DNA of 64,000 nucleotides, taken from Octopus sinensis (Eukaryota). The stretch's first letter is position 1. Each line of letters opens with the position of its first letter. The position numbers and the translations under genes are program-made. The notes under the pieces were generated by a model. That model saw only the letters and a list, made by a program, of their open reading frames with translations, did no database searches and was not told the origin of the DNA. The stretch lies in NCBI RefSeq assembly GCF_006345805.1, contig NC_043000.1, forward strand, positions 141,236,001 to 141,300,000. The letters are read 5' to 3'. Positions 1-14,081 of the stretch are shown here, one piece after another.

Positions 1-260
1 TTAAGCTGTATTGAAATGTTCTTCTTGGAAATTGATATTACTATGAGACTAAATATACCTGCCTATACCTCTGTGTATTTATATCTCCATGACTCATCAA
101 TAGTTAAATATATCACATGACAAAAGTTCAAGGGAAAAAATCTATAGCACATCCCCCATGTTACAAAAGCATTACACTTCAGAAATTTTTGCTGCAATGT
201 TGAGTTCCGTAACAAGAAACCTATTTTCACATTGACTTCCATTAATATGTTTTGCATTAT

Positions 261-667
261 AGGCGCAGGAGTGGCTGTGTGGTAAGTAGCTTGCTTACGA
301 ACCACATGGTTCTGGGTTCAGTCCTACTGCATGGTGCCTTGGGTAAGTGTCTTCTATTATAGCCTCGGGCCGACCAAAGCCTTGTGAGTGGATTTAGCAG
401 ACGGAAACTGAAAGAAGCCCTTCGTATTTATGTATAAACATATATGTATGTGTGTGTATATGTTTGTGTGTCTGTGTTTGTTCCCCCCAACATTGCTTGA
501 CAACCGATGCTGGTGTGTTTACATCCCTGTAATTTAGCAGTTCGACAAAAGAGACCGATAGAATAAGTACTAGGCTTACAAAGAATAAGTCCTGGGGTCG
601 ATTTGCTCAACTAAAGGCGGTGCTCCAGCATGGCCATAATCAAATGACTGAAACAAGTAAAAGAGTA
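261..667 (+). mobile_element. Bipartite tRNA-headed SINE (family AB: tRNA/CORE-like head + TA/TG microsatellite + 3' module ending in AAGAGTA repeats)
   Basis: A-box-like GGCTGTGTGG, B-box-like GGTTCAGTCC, CCTTGGGxAAGTGTCTT core, central microsatellite and conserved 3' module; about 10 homologous copies in the window. Confidence 0.9.
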
Positions 668-1194
668 TTACAGAACTCTATATTACAATAAAATTCTCAT
701 GAACACAACACTGTTATAAAATGGTGAATTGCTTGAATATTGCTGCACTTGTTAAGTAAACAATAAATTAAATAGCTTATAGAAGCCTCTACCTTGACAT
801 AGATGGGCAACAAACTGGTTCAAATTTTACCTCTGAAGGATGCTCTATGATGTAGCACTTTGATCTATGCAGAATGACCAAAATCTCCCTCATGTTGCAC
901 CCTACTGTCTTAAACGTTTTGATACTAATCCACCTGAAATTGCTCCTAGTTCTATGATACAAACTTCCAGTTATAAAGTAATCTAAATTAAAAACATCAT
1001 TGAAAATTTCATGTTTATTTATGCTTCAAACACTAGCTTAATAATGGCATTACTATTTTATTAAATTCTTCCATAATTTTCAAAATTTATAAAAAAATTA
1101 AATCGGAATATTTCAACAGAAATATGCTAACAAAAGGTTGTCTCTAGAGATTTTCTAAAGAAAAATATAGCCAGCACTGATTTTGCCAAACCCT

Positions 1195-1846
1195 AGCGGT
1201 TGAGGAAACCTATGGGAGAGGTAGACCCAGGAATATCTGGGATGAGGTGGTGAAGCACGACCTTTGAACATTGGGCTTCACCAAGGCAATGACTAGTGAC
1301 CGAGACCTTTGGAAATATGCTGTGCTTGAGAAGACCCAGCAAGCCAAGTGAGACCATAACCCGTGGCCTATGCCAGGGGTATATCCAGCCCACTTATGCA
1401 TACCTTTCCTTCATTGGACACTAAACTCTGCTTGTGAAGACCTGTTGAGGCAAGTGAAATCAAAAGCGAAATCAAATTCAATGATAGGCATCTGTCCTAG
1501 TGGAGTGCTAAGAGCACCATCCATGTGAGATCGTTGCCAGAGCAGCTGATTGGCTTCTGTGCCAGTGGCACGTAAAAAGCACCATTTGAGCGTGATCATT
1601 ATCAGTGTTGCCTTACTGGCACATGAAAATTCATTTGAGCGAAGTCGTTGCATGTGCTGCTGGACTGGCTCCTGTGCAGGTGGCACATAAAAAAAACATT
1701 ATTTGAGCATGGCTATTGCCAGTACCACCTGACTGGCCCTCATACCGGTGGCACATAAAAGCACCCACTACACTCTCAGAGTGGTTGGCATTAGGAAGGG
1801 CATCCAGCTGTAGAAGCAGACATTAAACGATGATGATGATGATGAT
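1195..1846 (+). mobile_element. 5'-truncated RTE-clade LINE: ORF C-terminus, 3' UTR and (GAT)n tail
   Basis: Translates VEETYGRGRPRNIWDEVVKHDL*TLGFTKAMTSDRDLWKYAVLEKTQQAK*. The UTR has TGGCACGTAAAAAGCACC repeats and ends ACATTAAACGATGATGAT. Homologous to 19430-20162. Confidence 0.85.
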
Positions 1847-2859
1847 ATTTCATATCTGAGATGCTTGATCTAAACAACAATGAGATCGAAGGTGAAAAAT
1901 GGGCCATGGACATATAAGGCATATTTCAAGAGTTTTTGATCCTTCATCAACCCATTAATCATCCATGAACACAAGCCACTAAATATAATGTTGTAGCATT
2001 ATTGGATATCCCAGTTTTACATATTATACACTTCCCTGGAAGCTGGCATGTAAATATTAATGTAGGGACAGAGTATTTCGTTATGCAATCATAATATTCT
2101 TTGTAGATTATTATAGTTGTATAACAAAATACTGTGTCCCTACAGAACATTAACGGTAGCAAAAGGGTTAAATGAAGAAAGAATATATGGATAACATTGT
2201 ATTCTGATCATGGTCCATTTTTATTTCGACTGACTTGGAGTTAGACAACAACAACAACAGCAACAACTTCTAATTTGTAATGAAAGTATTAGGAGAAGGT
2301 TAAATAAACAATTGCTTCAACAGTATGCAATGACAAATAGTACGAAAACTCAGGCAAACAAATCCAACCATGCCACCAGAAGAGAGGTTGAAGCCAGATA
2401 AAGAGAAAGTTAAAATAAATAAATAGAATTACGAATAAAAAAAATATAAATAAATAAATAAATGGTAGTTATTTAATGATAGTGTCCAATATCAACTTTC
2501 AATGATATATCTATTTGATATTGGCATTGCTGGGAGAAGTTATAATTAAGAGATTTCATTGGCTGACAACATCAGTCATAAATGTCGGTTACTTTTACTG
2601 CTTGTCTTGCTGGAAATTATTAGAAATTTTACAGAAAAGGAAAAAAAAAGATTTATTTTTGTCCTGTTTTCTTTCCTTTTGAAATTTTTTAGTTTTATTT
2701 TATTCATTTATATATGAGTGGACATCTATTTTTTTGGAATATGTTTTTATTTATTCATATAATTGTTTAATATTTTTGCCAGATGTTTGGAAATCAATAT
2801 TAGGTTTATTTGCTTAGTGATTGTCATTAATACTCCCTTTCTTTCATATATTTCTATCT

Positions 2860-3045
2860 GTCTGTTTGTCTCTCTCTCTCTCTCTCTTTCTCTTTCTCTT
2901 TCATTGCTTCCTTCTATTTCTTTCTCATACATTCATACATTCTCAACTATGTCATTTTCTATTCTTTCTTTTATTGTTTCCTTTTGTATATCTCCCTTCA
3001 TCTATTGTTCTCTCTATTTCACTTTCTTTCTCTCTCTCTCTTTCT

Positions 3046-3108
<63 letters not shown>

Positions 3109-3380
3109 TTCTCTTTTTGTTGCACTTCAGTTTTGCATTCCCCCTCATATACCCATACAACCTCTCATATGCACGTATTTACTATACATGTGTATGACTA
3201 CGTATATAGAATGCAATACACAAGCACATACATATGCACACATATACACTCACATGTACTCATATATACATATGCACATACACCCATATATACACATACA
3301 CACACATACACATACATACACATGCATACACATATATGCACACACAGATACCCACACATATACACATACAAATTCATAGG
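2860..3380. repeat. Compound (TC)n then (CA/TA)n microsatellite tract
   Basis: Directly visible low-complexity sequence; source of ORFs 2763-3411. Confidence 0.95.
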
Positions 3381-3989
3381 TATCTATATGAAGATATTAA
3401 ATAAATTTTAAATACACCTTCACTATATTGTTATCACTATGTACTTATATGAGGGCATTCGAGCATATTTTCATCCTTTCCGATACATTATTGAATTCAA
3501 TATATATTTTATAATTAAAACTTTTGCTCTCTCCATCTGTCTATCCGTCTCCATCTTTCACTTTCACTTTCTCTTTCTCTTTCCTTTTCTCAGCATCCCC
3601 GCTCACCAGTAACCCCACCCTCTTGTTCCTAATCATCCATTTCACCAATACACACACACACACACACATGCCATCTTACATCCATCCTATCCTACACTAC
3701 ACTGTAGGAAATTGTACATTATTAATTTCAGAATCTCAACATACATAAATGTCACAAACTCTGCTAATCAATCAACAAATCCTGACATACAACACCAGGA
3801 ATCTGATATTTCTTATTTCACTTCCTCCCTCTTCCCTGTAGTTGTTATCATCGTTGTTTTTTAACTTTTAAGTTTTAAATTTTTTTCACATAGTTTTATG
3901 GTTCCTGTTATTATGTAAGTTAATGTTGATATTTTATTGTATCTCTTTTCTTGTGTGGTGTGTGATTATTATTTAAATATTTTATTCAA

Positions 3990-4065
3990 TTTTTGTTCTG
4001 TTATTGTTATTATCATTGCTGCTGTTGCTTTTGTTGTTATTGTTGTTGTAATTGTTGTTATTGCT

Positions 4066-4099
<34 letters not shown>

Positions 4100-4160
4100 C
4101 CATTATCATCATCACCATCATCATCGTCATCATTATTATTATTATTATTATTATTATCAA
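3990..4160. repeat. (GTT)n/(ATC)n/(ATT)n trinucleotide tract
   Basis: Directly visible. Confidence 0.95.
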
Positions 4161-4254
4161 TATTTCATTTATTCTGATTAACTAAACTTTCTGAATGAAA
4201 GTTTTGAAATAAAATTATGTTATAAAATTTTTGTTTATTTATTCCATTTTATTT

Positions 4255-4397
4255 TCATGCACACACACACACACAAACAGACACACACACAAACACATGC
4301 ATCCATCCATCCATACATACACACAAAAATGTATACATACATACATAGATACAAAGATACATAGATACATACATGCATGCATGCATGCATACATACA

Positions 4398-4429
<32 letters not shown>

Positions 4430-4620
4430 ATACATACATACATACATATATATATACATACATAAATACATACATACATATATACATACATACATGTATA
4501 CATACATACATACATACATACAATACATACATAAATACATACATACATATATACATATATATATACATACATACATACATACATAAATACATACATAAAT
4601 ACATACATACAATACATACA

Positions 4621-4654
<34 letters not shown>

Positions 4655-4938
4655 CATACATACATACATGTATACATATATATATACATACATACATACA
4701 TACATGTATACATATATATATACATACATACATACATACATACATACATGCATACATACAATACATACAATACATACATACATACATACATACATACATA
4801 CACACATACATACATACATGCATACATACATACATACATACTTACATACATATATACATACATACATACAACATACATACATACATACATACATACATAC
4901 ATACATACATACATACATACATACATACATACATACAT
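4255..4938. repeat. ~680 bp (ACAT)n tetranucleotide array
   Basis: Directly visible; source of the HTYI/MYVC pseudo-ORFs. Confidence 0.97.
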
Positions 4939-5132
4939 GCAAACAAGCTCACACATTTTACTGGTGCATTGGGTTTGGGTTGGGAAATTGTGTTGCTTCC
5001 ATAATTGTGAAATATACAAGTTGGCATTGTCATTCCATTATAATTTGTTCATGTTTAAGGATGTAATCAAGCTAAAGAGTAAGCATGAGTGTGCATGTGA
5101 CAGAGAAAGATTTATGGATAAATAGATATGTG

Positions 5133-5366
5133 TAAGGCGGTGAGCTGGCAGAAACGTTAGCACACCAGGCGAAATGCTTAGCGGTATTGCGTCTGTCGTT
5201 GCGTTCTGAGTTCGAATTCCGCCGAGGTCGACTTTACCTTTCATCCTTTCGGGGTCGATAAATTAAGTACCAGTTACACACTGGGGTCGATGTAATCGAC
5301 TTAATCCGTTTATCTGTCCTTGTTTGTCCCCTCTATGTTTAGCCCCTTGTGGGCAATAAAGAAACA
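5133..5366 (+). mobile_element. tRNA-headed SINE family C (AAGGCGGTGAGCTGGCAGAA...GGGTCGATAAATTAAGTACCAG...AAAGAAA)
   Basis: A-box GAGCTGGCAGAA, B-box GAGTTCGAATTCC; more than 10 copies in the window. Confidence 0.9.
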
Positions 5367-5565
5367 GATATGTGTATGGAGTGACAGCACTAAACAATGA
5401 TGTGTATAAAAGCAAACTTCTTTCCTGTTCAAATACTTTGAGGCATATTTGAACCAATAAAAAAAATCATTCAGTGTATTTTGTCATGGAGAAAATTTCT
5501 TAATGTAGACAGATAGATGTGAATACACGGAGTCAATTGTCTGTATATACAACCCTTCTAATCAG

Positions 5566-5655
5566 ACTGTTTAATGCATGCATTTCTGAGTGATTATCTC
5601 CTCCTCAGCAGCAGAAACAGGAAAGGCAGATGCTGCAAACTGAGACAAAAGATAG
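5566..5655 (+). CDS. Weak candidate internal exon (90 nt, phase 1-1): CLMHAFLSDYLLLSSRNRKGRCCKLRQKI
   Basis: aatcag| acceptor, AG|gtacct donor, open frame in non-repeat DNA; no recognised homolog. A minus-strand reading is also possible. Confidence 0.2.
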
Positions 5656-5826
5656 GTACCTCTTATGATAATCCTGTCATCATTCAATAACTGTTTGTGC
5701 TATTCAGTGACTCACTGTGAGTAAAATACAAAGCCCATAAAAATGTGGCTCAAACATATTTGAACTGGAAACAAATTTGTGTGTGTGCCATACATATATA
5801 AATATATTGTATATATGCATATATGT

Positions 5827-6072
5827 GGAGGTGTGTGGCTTAGTGGTTAGGGTGTCAGCATCATGATCGCAAGATTGTGGTTTCGATTCCTGGACTGGGC
5901 AACGTGTTGTGTTCTTAAGCAAAACACTTCATTTCACGATGCTCCAGTCCACTCAGCTGGCAAAAATGAGTAACGCTGCGATGGACTGGTGTCCAATTCA
6001 GCTGGGGAACACATACCCCATTGAAACCAAGAAACCAGGCCCATGAGCCTGGCTAGGCTTTAAAAGGGTGCA
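5827..6072 (+). mobile_element. tRNA-headed SINE family D
   Basis: GGCTTAGTGGTTAG A-box, GGTTTCGATTCC B-box, TTGTGTTCTTxAGCAA core; inverse copy at 15285-15500. Confidence 0.85.
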
Positions 6073-6333
6073 AGAATATACCTATATATGTATATATGTG
6101 TGTGTGTGTGTATATATACATGAATACATACACACACACATATACAAAAAAGAGAGAGGGGTGGAGTAATTTAATTCTTTTGCCTGAATGACAATATAGA
6201 AAACCAAACTTGTTAAAATTATTTTCAGGAAAAATAAAACACGATAAAAATAATTAAGAAAAAATTGAAAATAAAAGAATTAAAATACCAAAAGTGTATA
6301 AATAAAGTAAATAAAGAAAAATAAGCAATAAAG

Positions 6334-6407
<74 letters not shown>

Positions 6408-8635
6408 CACACACACACATATAATATAGCTATTGTTAATGATGATAATCAAAATTATTTATTAATTGGGCAGACGAGCCTAACTCATAACAGAACGCCT
6501 AGAAACATACAAAAACAGCTATAAAATATGTATACATACGCATGCACACGTGCATATAATCATCATCGTGATCACACCCTTCAGGGCACAATATGAAGAA
6601 GTATCGGATTGTAGCCTAGAGCTAAAAGACTAAGAAGTGAAGAGAGTGCAAGGACAGAAAACTGAAATGGGTGGGTAGAAGATTTAAGAGTGTATGGGGA
6701 GTAGGAGGAATTGTTAAATATAGGGTAAGGCGTAGGTGTGAATGTAGTGAATTGTGAACAAGGGGGAATGGGTGGTTGGTAATGAATATGAGTTGGGAGA
6801 GAGGAGGTGATGAGTGGCAGTATAGAAAGAATGAGGAGCAGCAGAGTAATGATACTGTAGATAGTGGGAAGGATGAGAGAAAAGAGGATGATAGGTGAGT
6901 GGTTGGTGGAGTTTTAGATTGCAATGGTGTGTGTGTTGGGGGGGGAGAAACTTGTTGTAACTGAAGTGGAGGTGGTCTGAGTGGTTTAGGGGAGAGGGTG
7001 AGATAACTGGTAGTATAGAAAGAATGATCAATAAAAAATGTATGTAGGGAGGGACATTTTATGAATAAAAGGTGAATGTCAAATGAAGTGATTCAGGGTA
7101 GTGAGAATGATAACTAATAGCTTGACCAAGAACAGGCTGGAGAAAGATCAGAGATTTATTATGTTCTTTATTATTATTATTATTATTATTATTATTTTTT
7201 TTTTTTTTTGAGTAGGGAATATTCATTTTAATCAAATCTAATACTTGTCTAGTAATTATTATTGTATTAGTTCTGAACAAGGTTTTTCTAAGTTGTGCTG
7301 AAATTAATGGATTATATTGTACTAGTTTTTAATTTGGGTTATTTGTTACATCAAAATTTTAAATTCTGAAAGAATTTTATTGAATATCATTAAATTATCA
7401 ATTATAATTAACCTACTGACAATCCCTATTTTTAATTTACTTGCAAAATTTTCATTTTAGGCTACTTTTAACAGTTTACTTTGCAGTAAAAATATTGTGT
7501 TACACTTTATTTATGAAAATACTGTAACTCTTTCCTGGAAGGAGGCAAAGCAATAATGACCACTGTGAGATTTGAACTTTGAAATTAATGAGATACAGCA
7601 AAATACTACATGACAATATTTTCTACTATGATTTTTAAAAGTTATTGCATCTCATATTGATGATAATTTCTACCACATGCTGAAGTCAGTTCATAAAAAT
7701 GTGGACCAAAGGCACAAGTTAAAACATACAAGAGAAATTTATATATTGATTGAATGACTGGTATTTTATTTTAGAGATCCCAGTAGGTGAAATGGTAAAA
7801 CCAGTTCCAGTGTAATTTGAACTTAAAATAAATGGTCTTAAATCAATTGATCAAGACCGTTTTAACAATGAACATTTTGCACTATAATTTTTATATCTGC
7901 TTTTACATGCTTGCATGGACTGGACAGGTCCTGTCCAACATAGTGCCTCATATTATTGTTTGTTTGTATACATTTGTATTATTTTTTATCTCTTTTCTGA
8001 GGCTCAGCATCTCAAGATCAGCTTTAACTACTTAAGTCTTCCGTGGTCTTCTCCATCAACAGTTTCATTTATTTTGACTTTTCTAGCACTTCCTTACAGT
8101 TCTTTTATTATCTATACACATTATACATCTGTACCAATGCAGTCACTTCTCTTGCATATTTCATGTGATTTCTCTCATATCCAGTTATTCTTTCAGCACA
8201 TCTATGAAACTTGCTTGTGCACATATCCGAAAGATCATAATTACTTCATTCCTTTCCATCCTTCACCTATCTTTTGAATTCAGTCTCTACATATCTTATT
8301 GCACTTCATATAAAGGCAATGTACCATATGTATTTTTTATCAGACCCTAACATCTACAACTGATTTCGTTACCTAGGTATCCAATGCTTCAGCTTCCACT
8401 ACAGAGCTTTCCAAACTTTATAAATCATTTCTTTTACTGATACTCTGATTGTTAACTCTACATTTGCCACATACAAAGACTTTTCTACCTTTGATCCAAG
8501 TACACCATAGTGAAATTTGAACTCAGAATATGTGGGGGTGGGGTAACGAAATACAGCAAAGCCTTTTGTCTAATACTCTACCATTTTTCTTATTCCCCAT
8601 TCTACAATTATTAGGAGGAGGAGGAAGAGGAAGAG

Positions 8636-8970
8636 AAGACCCCCTTCGGCCATGAATGACCATGGGATTGCATCTAGAAAGTTACCCTCTGCGGCACAAG
8701 TCAGGGCAAGATTGTTTGTGGAAGGCTAGCAGTCGCCCATGCATACCAGCCTCCCCTCTCCACACCACTGATGTTATCCAAGGGAAAGATAAAGGCCAAT
8801 ACAGCTTGGCACCAGTGACGTTACAACTCATTTCTACAGCTGAGTGAACTGAAGCAACATGAAATAAAGCGTCTTGCTCAAGAACACAACACACGGCCTG
8901 GTCCAGGAATTGAACTCATAACCTCACAATCGTTAGTTCTATGCTCTAACCACTAAACTATGCGCCTTCA
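8636..8970 (-). mobile_element. tRNA-headed SINE family F
   Basis: Head shared with families D/E, distinct tail (GACCATGGGATTGCAxCTAGAAAGTTACCCTC on +); second full copy at 20884-21222. Confidence 0.85.
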
Positions 8971-9864
8971 CTCTACAATAATTACTACATCACAAATATG
9001 CAAACCAATGAAAGAAAAGAGAATTCTGAGCCCTTATTATTATATATTCTCTGCTGTTTTACGTAATTATAGTTGTTTTGTTTTTCTACATTTTAGATTT
9101 TTTTCAAATTCTTTTAACTCCAATGTTTTTATTTAATTACATTTAATTTTCCACTTTTATTTTATATTTATTCGTTTATTTTCCTTTTTGTGTGTAATTC
9201 CAAGTTTAATTTAATAAATATCACTGGAATAATGTCTCATCTGCTTATTGGTTGTTTTTCAACTGACAAAACAGTACCAAACACCAATCAATCAACATTA
9301 AGGGGTAGAGGTATGTCTTCAAGAGATGTTACTTTTGCTATAATCCATGAAGAAAAAAAAACATTAAAGAATTTCAATTAATTTCAGAAAACTTGATTAA
9401 GATTTAATTTTTATGTTTATAATATGAGAGATTATTTAAATTTGTACATATGTGATCACTCACTTTTCTGCGAAGGACACACACACACTCACACTCACAC
9501 TTTTCATCAGTCTATAATCATATAAGAACTCACATTTTCACATGCATACATCCAAACATATGCATACGATCAGTGTATCCATGTGTGTCTTGGGAAGGTA
9601 GAAAGGTGTTGGGACCTGACAGTGAAATATATATGAGGTTTAATTTTAAAGCAACACTAAAAACAAAAGTATGACACCATGTATTTATCTGTGTATATAT
9701 TCATGAGTTTGCATTGAAATTTTTAATTGCTGTTGCTTTGTGAAAATTTGAAAACGTACATATAGGTGCCATTTGACATGATAAAGATGGTAAACTGACA
9801 GGATCATTACAGTGGCGGAGAAAATTCATAGCATTATTTGTACTGGCTCTTTATGTTCTGAGTG

Positions 9865-10247
9865 GAAGCACAATGGCCCAGTGGTTAGGGCAGCGGACTT
9901 GCGGTCATAGGATCGCAGTTTCGATTCCCAGACCGGGTGTTGTGGGTGTTTATTGAGCAAAAACACCTAAAGCTCCACGAGTCTCCGGCAGGGGATGGTG
10001 GTGATCCCTGCTGTACTCTTTCACCACAACTTTCTCTCACTCTTACTTCCTGTTTCTGTTGTACCTGTATTTCAAAGGGCCGGCCTTGTCACTCTCTGTG
10101 TCACGCTGAATATCCCTGAGAACTACGTTAAGGGTACACGTGTCTGTGGAGTGCTCAGCCACTTACACGTTAATTTCACGAGCAGGCTGTTCCGTTGATT
10201 CGGATCAACTGGAACCCTCGTCGTCATAACCGATGGAGTGCTTCCAT
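9865..10247 (+). mobile_element. tRNA-headed SINE family E
   Basis: GGCCCAGTGGTTAGGGCAGCGGAC head; tail homologous to the inverse copy at 46937-47242; head homologous to 49688-49995. Confidence 0.85.
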
Positions 10248-10536
10248 AATTATGTTCTGAGTTCTAAATGCATTGTTGTCAAATTTGCTTTGCATTCTTG
10301 TAGTGATGGCAAAATAAAGATTCAGACCAGGGTAATTATCTTGTAGACATGCTAAGAGTGTTGGAATAAATTCATTGCAAAATTTTTCTGGTTCTTTACA
10401 TTCTGGGTTCAAATTTGATTGAGGTCACCTTTGCCATCATTGTTTGAGGTCTGGCAAAATAAAATTTCTTGTCTGGGAAAGTGAAAAGGTAGAATTGCCA
10501 AAACACTGGATGAAATTGCTATATTTGTTGTGGCTA

Positions 10537-10975
10537 AGGCAGCAAGCTGGCAGAAATGTTAGCACGCCGGGCAAAATCCTTAGCAGTATTTCGTCTGCTG
10601 TTAAATTCAGAGTTCAAACTCAGCTGAGGTTGACTTTGCTTTTCATTCTTTCGGGGTCGATAAATTAAGTACCAGTTACGCACTGGGGTAGATGTAATCG
10701 ACTTAATCCGTTTGTCTGTCCTTGTTTGTCCTCTGTGTGTGGCCCCTTATGGGCAGTAAAGAAATAAGAAATGTTAGCATGCCGGGCAAAATGCTTAGTG
10801 GCATTTCGTCTGTCTTTACATTCTGAGTTCAAAATCCCCTGAGGTTGACTTTGCCTTCCCTCCTTTCTTTTCAGGTGGGATTGATAAATTAAGTACCAGT
10901 TGTGTACTGGGGTTGATCTGATCAACTGGCCACCTTCCCCCAAAATTTCAGGCCTTGTGCCTAGAGCAGAAAAGA
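10537..10975 (+). mobile_element. Two tandem SINE family C copies
   Basis: Two successive GAAATGTTAGCA(C/T)GCCGGGCAAAAT heads with C-family bodies. Confidence 0.85.
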
Positions 10976-11112
10976 ATATTTGTTGTGGCAATTTTGTACT
11001 GAGACCTCAGCCAGGTGTCATAAAGCAGCTTCTATTTAGTAGACAAAATGTCTGTTTTTTTCTTCTGTAGTTTCAGCTCAGAGCTGCAGCCATGCTAATG
11101 CACCGCAGTTAA

Positions 11113-11245
11113 AGAGAGTCAGCAGAAGTTCCCCATTACCTTCTGCCAGAGCTACGTGGAGCTTAGGTATTTTACTCATAAACACACACATAACCCGGTC
11201 TGAGATTCGAACCTGCGATCCCTCAACCGCGAGTCCGCTGCTCTC
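11113..11245 (-). mobile_element. Truncated SINE family E head
   Basis: Reverse complement matches the start of 49688-49995. Confidence 0.75.
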
Positions 11246-11729
11246 AAAAATACCAAAAGAAAAGCAACATGAAATGATATTCCCTTACAAAAATATTCAT
11301 GATAAGCATTTAACACTTATCAAAGATGTCAGAATGGTCATTCCTCAACCTGGTGGTATATAAAAGGAAGCTACAATTAACATAAATTTGAGGCAGGAAG
11401 GAGTCCTCTAATAAGATTCAAACTTTGTAGTAATCACTCACTAGAGTATTACGTGTTGCTTCAGAACCATATGGTTACAAGTACTGTCTCATTGTGAGAC
11501 ACCATAAGCAAGAGTATTCCAGTTTAGGCTTGTCCTGACCAATGTCTTGTTAGTGAAAATGATTGGCAGAAAATTTAGGGTCATCTGTTCACTCATTATT
11601 CAATCCATAACAAAGTGATTTCATGTGTAGTCCTACTGTATAATATCTTTTTTAAGTATATTCTAATATGGCCCATTGCTGATCAAAGCCTTGTTGCGAG
11701 GGGACTTCGCAGATGGAAGCTGAAATAAA

Positions 11730-12115
11730 CCCACTTTACACACACACATACATACACAGGCACATGCATGTGTGCGCACACACACATGCACACATATTTA
11801 CATGCTCACACACATGTACACACACAAGCATGCACAGCACACACACACACACATGCACACACACACACACGCGCACACACACACACATGCATGGAACAAG
11901 TAAAAGTAGGTGCTAGGAAGAGCATCATGTTGTTGAATACCTGATTTGCCGAATTCCACCAAACCCATACAAGCATGGAGAAATGGGTGCTCAAACAAGG
12001 ATGCTGATGATGATGATGATGAGGATGATGATGATGGTGGTGGTGGTGGTGGTGATGATGATGATGATGACGATGACAATGACAATGAAATATATTTTTG
12101 TGTGTGTGTGTGTCT
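11730..12115. repeat. (CA)n, (GAT/GGT)n and (TG)n tracts
   Basis: Directly visible. Confidence 0.9.
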
Positions 12116-13324
12116 GAATGTAGACATTCTACATTTTCATGTGGCAACACTTGAGCAAAAAGCAGTCATGCTGTATTGATATTAGTTATAAACATGCATC
12201 ATGTAGCTCTGTATTTTTGAAGACCTGTATGTTGAAAATCTCTTACTCATAAAACAGATATGGTTTGGAAATAGGATAGGTATCCACCTGTAAAATACAG
12301 ATTCAAATTTGTCTTTGTCCAACTCGTACCAGCAAAGAAAAATTGATATAAAACAAAAACATAAAGAAATGACATTACAGGTTACCTGTCATCCTCCTTT
12401 CTTGAATTAGCCCCTGTAATTTGTCTCTGCTATTTAGATGTGGAATTTTGTCTTTATGAGATAATTTTCCAGTTGCTTAACATGAAATGGACACAATATT
12501 TTCTTTAATATCTCGCATATCATAATATCTTACCTTAGCTTGAAACTCATGACAAGAAAATTACAAGACTTGCCATAATGGTATTTGCTCTGGTTCCTAA
12601 TGTTTTAGATTCTCTTGTAAGTGTCAGAAGCCAGTCTGTATTTAGCTGATAAGAGGGTGTTTTGACTAAGACACCAGAAGGAAAGCAATAAGAAAACACT
12701 TTTGTAGTTTCCCACCAGTAAAAAAAAAAAAGAAAAAAAAGGAAAAATAACTCACTCTTTGGTAAAGAAGGATTTAGCACTTGTCAAAGACGTCAGCCAG
12801 ACTGTTCATCAATCTGATAGCACAAAGAAGGAAGACACACAATAAACACAATAATTTGGAAAAGTTTCCGTAAATAAACTCGTTATTTCAATGTTATCTC
12901 TTGATTCAGTTATATACTCCAACAAATTAATTGGATATGTCATTAAGAATTTTGATTCACAACCAAGACGGTCATAAAATAAAGGAGTGTCTGTTTGAGA
13001 ACAACACATAGGTCAACAAATTTTCATCTATTCAGAATAGATATATTTTATATCTCATGAATTATTAAAGAAATAAATGACGTCTAAGTATGAGAACTAT
13101 TGAAGTTTAAGCTATGAAAGTAACTCGATGTTTATTACAAAACTTACCTAACACAAGAATTGTATATATATTCTATATAAACTGCAGGTGAGTCACTTCA
13201 AAAAAATTACATAAATTCCTGCCTTTTTTTGAATAAGAGGAGAAGAGGAGAAGAGGTTTGAGAAAGATTGGTGTGATTTCAGATTTAGAACATCATGAGT
13301 TGAAAATCCATTCTACTATATGCC

Positions 13325-13516
13325 CAAGGCCTGAAATTTGGGGGAAGGGGGATATTCAATTATATCGACCCCAGTGTTTCACCGGTACTTAATTTATTGA
13401 CCCCGAAAGGATGAAAGGCAAAGTTGACCTTGGTGGAATTTGAACTCAGAACGTAGCAGCAGACGAAATACTGTTAAGCATTTCTCCCCGGCATGCTAAC
13501 GACTCTGCCAGCTCGC
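13325..13516 (-). mobile_element. SINE family C
   Basis: Reverse complement of the C consensus (GACCCCGAAAGGATGAAAGGCAAAGTTGACC). Confidence 0.85.
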
Positions 13517-14042
13517 TGGAACAGAAGACCTGGGAAGTGAAAAATTTGGTAAAATGGAACTCGGATCTCCTTTGAAATAAGTCCAAGTTCTCTTTTGAAA
13601 TAAGTCCAAAACATGTCAGATTTATGTATCTATCAAGGTATTTCAGCCAGAAAAATAAATTTTTATTCAGGAGAAATATACATTTTGTTGTTGTCATTGT
13701 TGCTACTGATGTTGTTATTGTTGATGCTGCTTTTGCTGTTTAGCCCAAGGTCAACACTGATTGAGCAGAGCTACATTCAAAGGCCTTCCAGCCATTATCA
13801 CCATATCTGTTTAGGATTATGCACATCATCTAATGTGTCTTCTCTTATAAAAGATAGTTGAGTGCAATTTGAAGGAAATTTGACTACTATTTTTAGCATG
13901 GCCAGTGAGCACCTAGCGGCTTGCTTGTTGGCTAGTTTATTTCAGTGGTGTTGATGGTTCATTGACTTGAGATATCAAGATCAAAATCTGATAATACAGT
14001 GTCTAGGTAAGAAAAAAAAAAGAACAACTAAAGAGACAGGTA

Positions 14043-14047
14043 TATCG

Positions 14048-14081
<34 letters not shown>

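Noticed and set aside
1540-1770. Regularly recurring TGGCACGTAAAAAGCACC motif with variable spacers (CRISPR-like look; also 19830-19985)
   Set aside because: Internal tandem repeats of the RTE 3' UTR in a eukaryote; spacers are mutually homologous and there are no cas genes.
2763-3411. Ser/Leu- and His/Thr-rich ORFs resembling membrane or metal-binding proteins
   Set aside because: Products of (TC)n and (CA)n tracts.
4231-5125. Multiple overlapping ORFs up to 257 aa
   Set aside because: Translations of the (ACAT)n array, which lacks stops in several frames; no coding complexity.
8000-8470. Possible old LINE ORF remnant (FRYLG-like word)
   Set aside because: Too degenerate; I could not establish a consistent frame or strand.
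10224-10412. Protein-like 62-aa minus-strand ORF (MNPECKEPEKF...)
   Set aside because: Its start overlaps a degenerate family C SINE at about 10355-10440 and its end overlaps the E SINE tail.
12809-13009. 66-aa minus-strand ORF with plausible composition
   Set aside because: Stop codon immediately upstream, no splice support in that frame, no recognisable motif.
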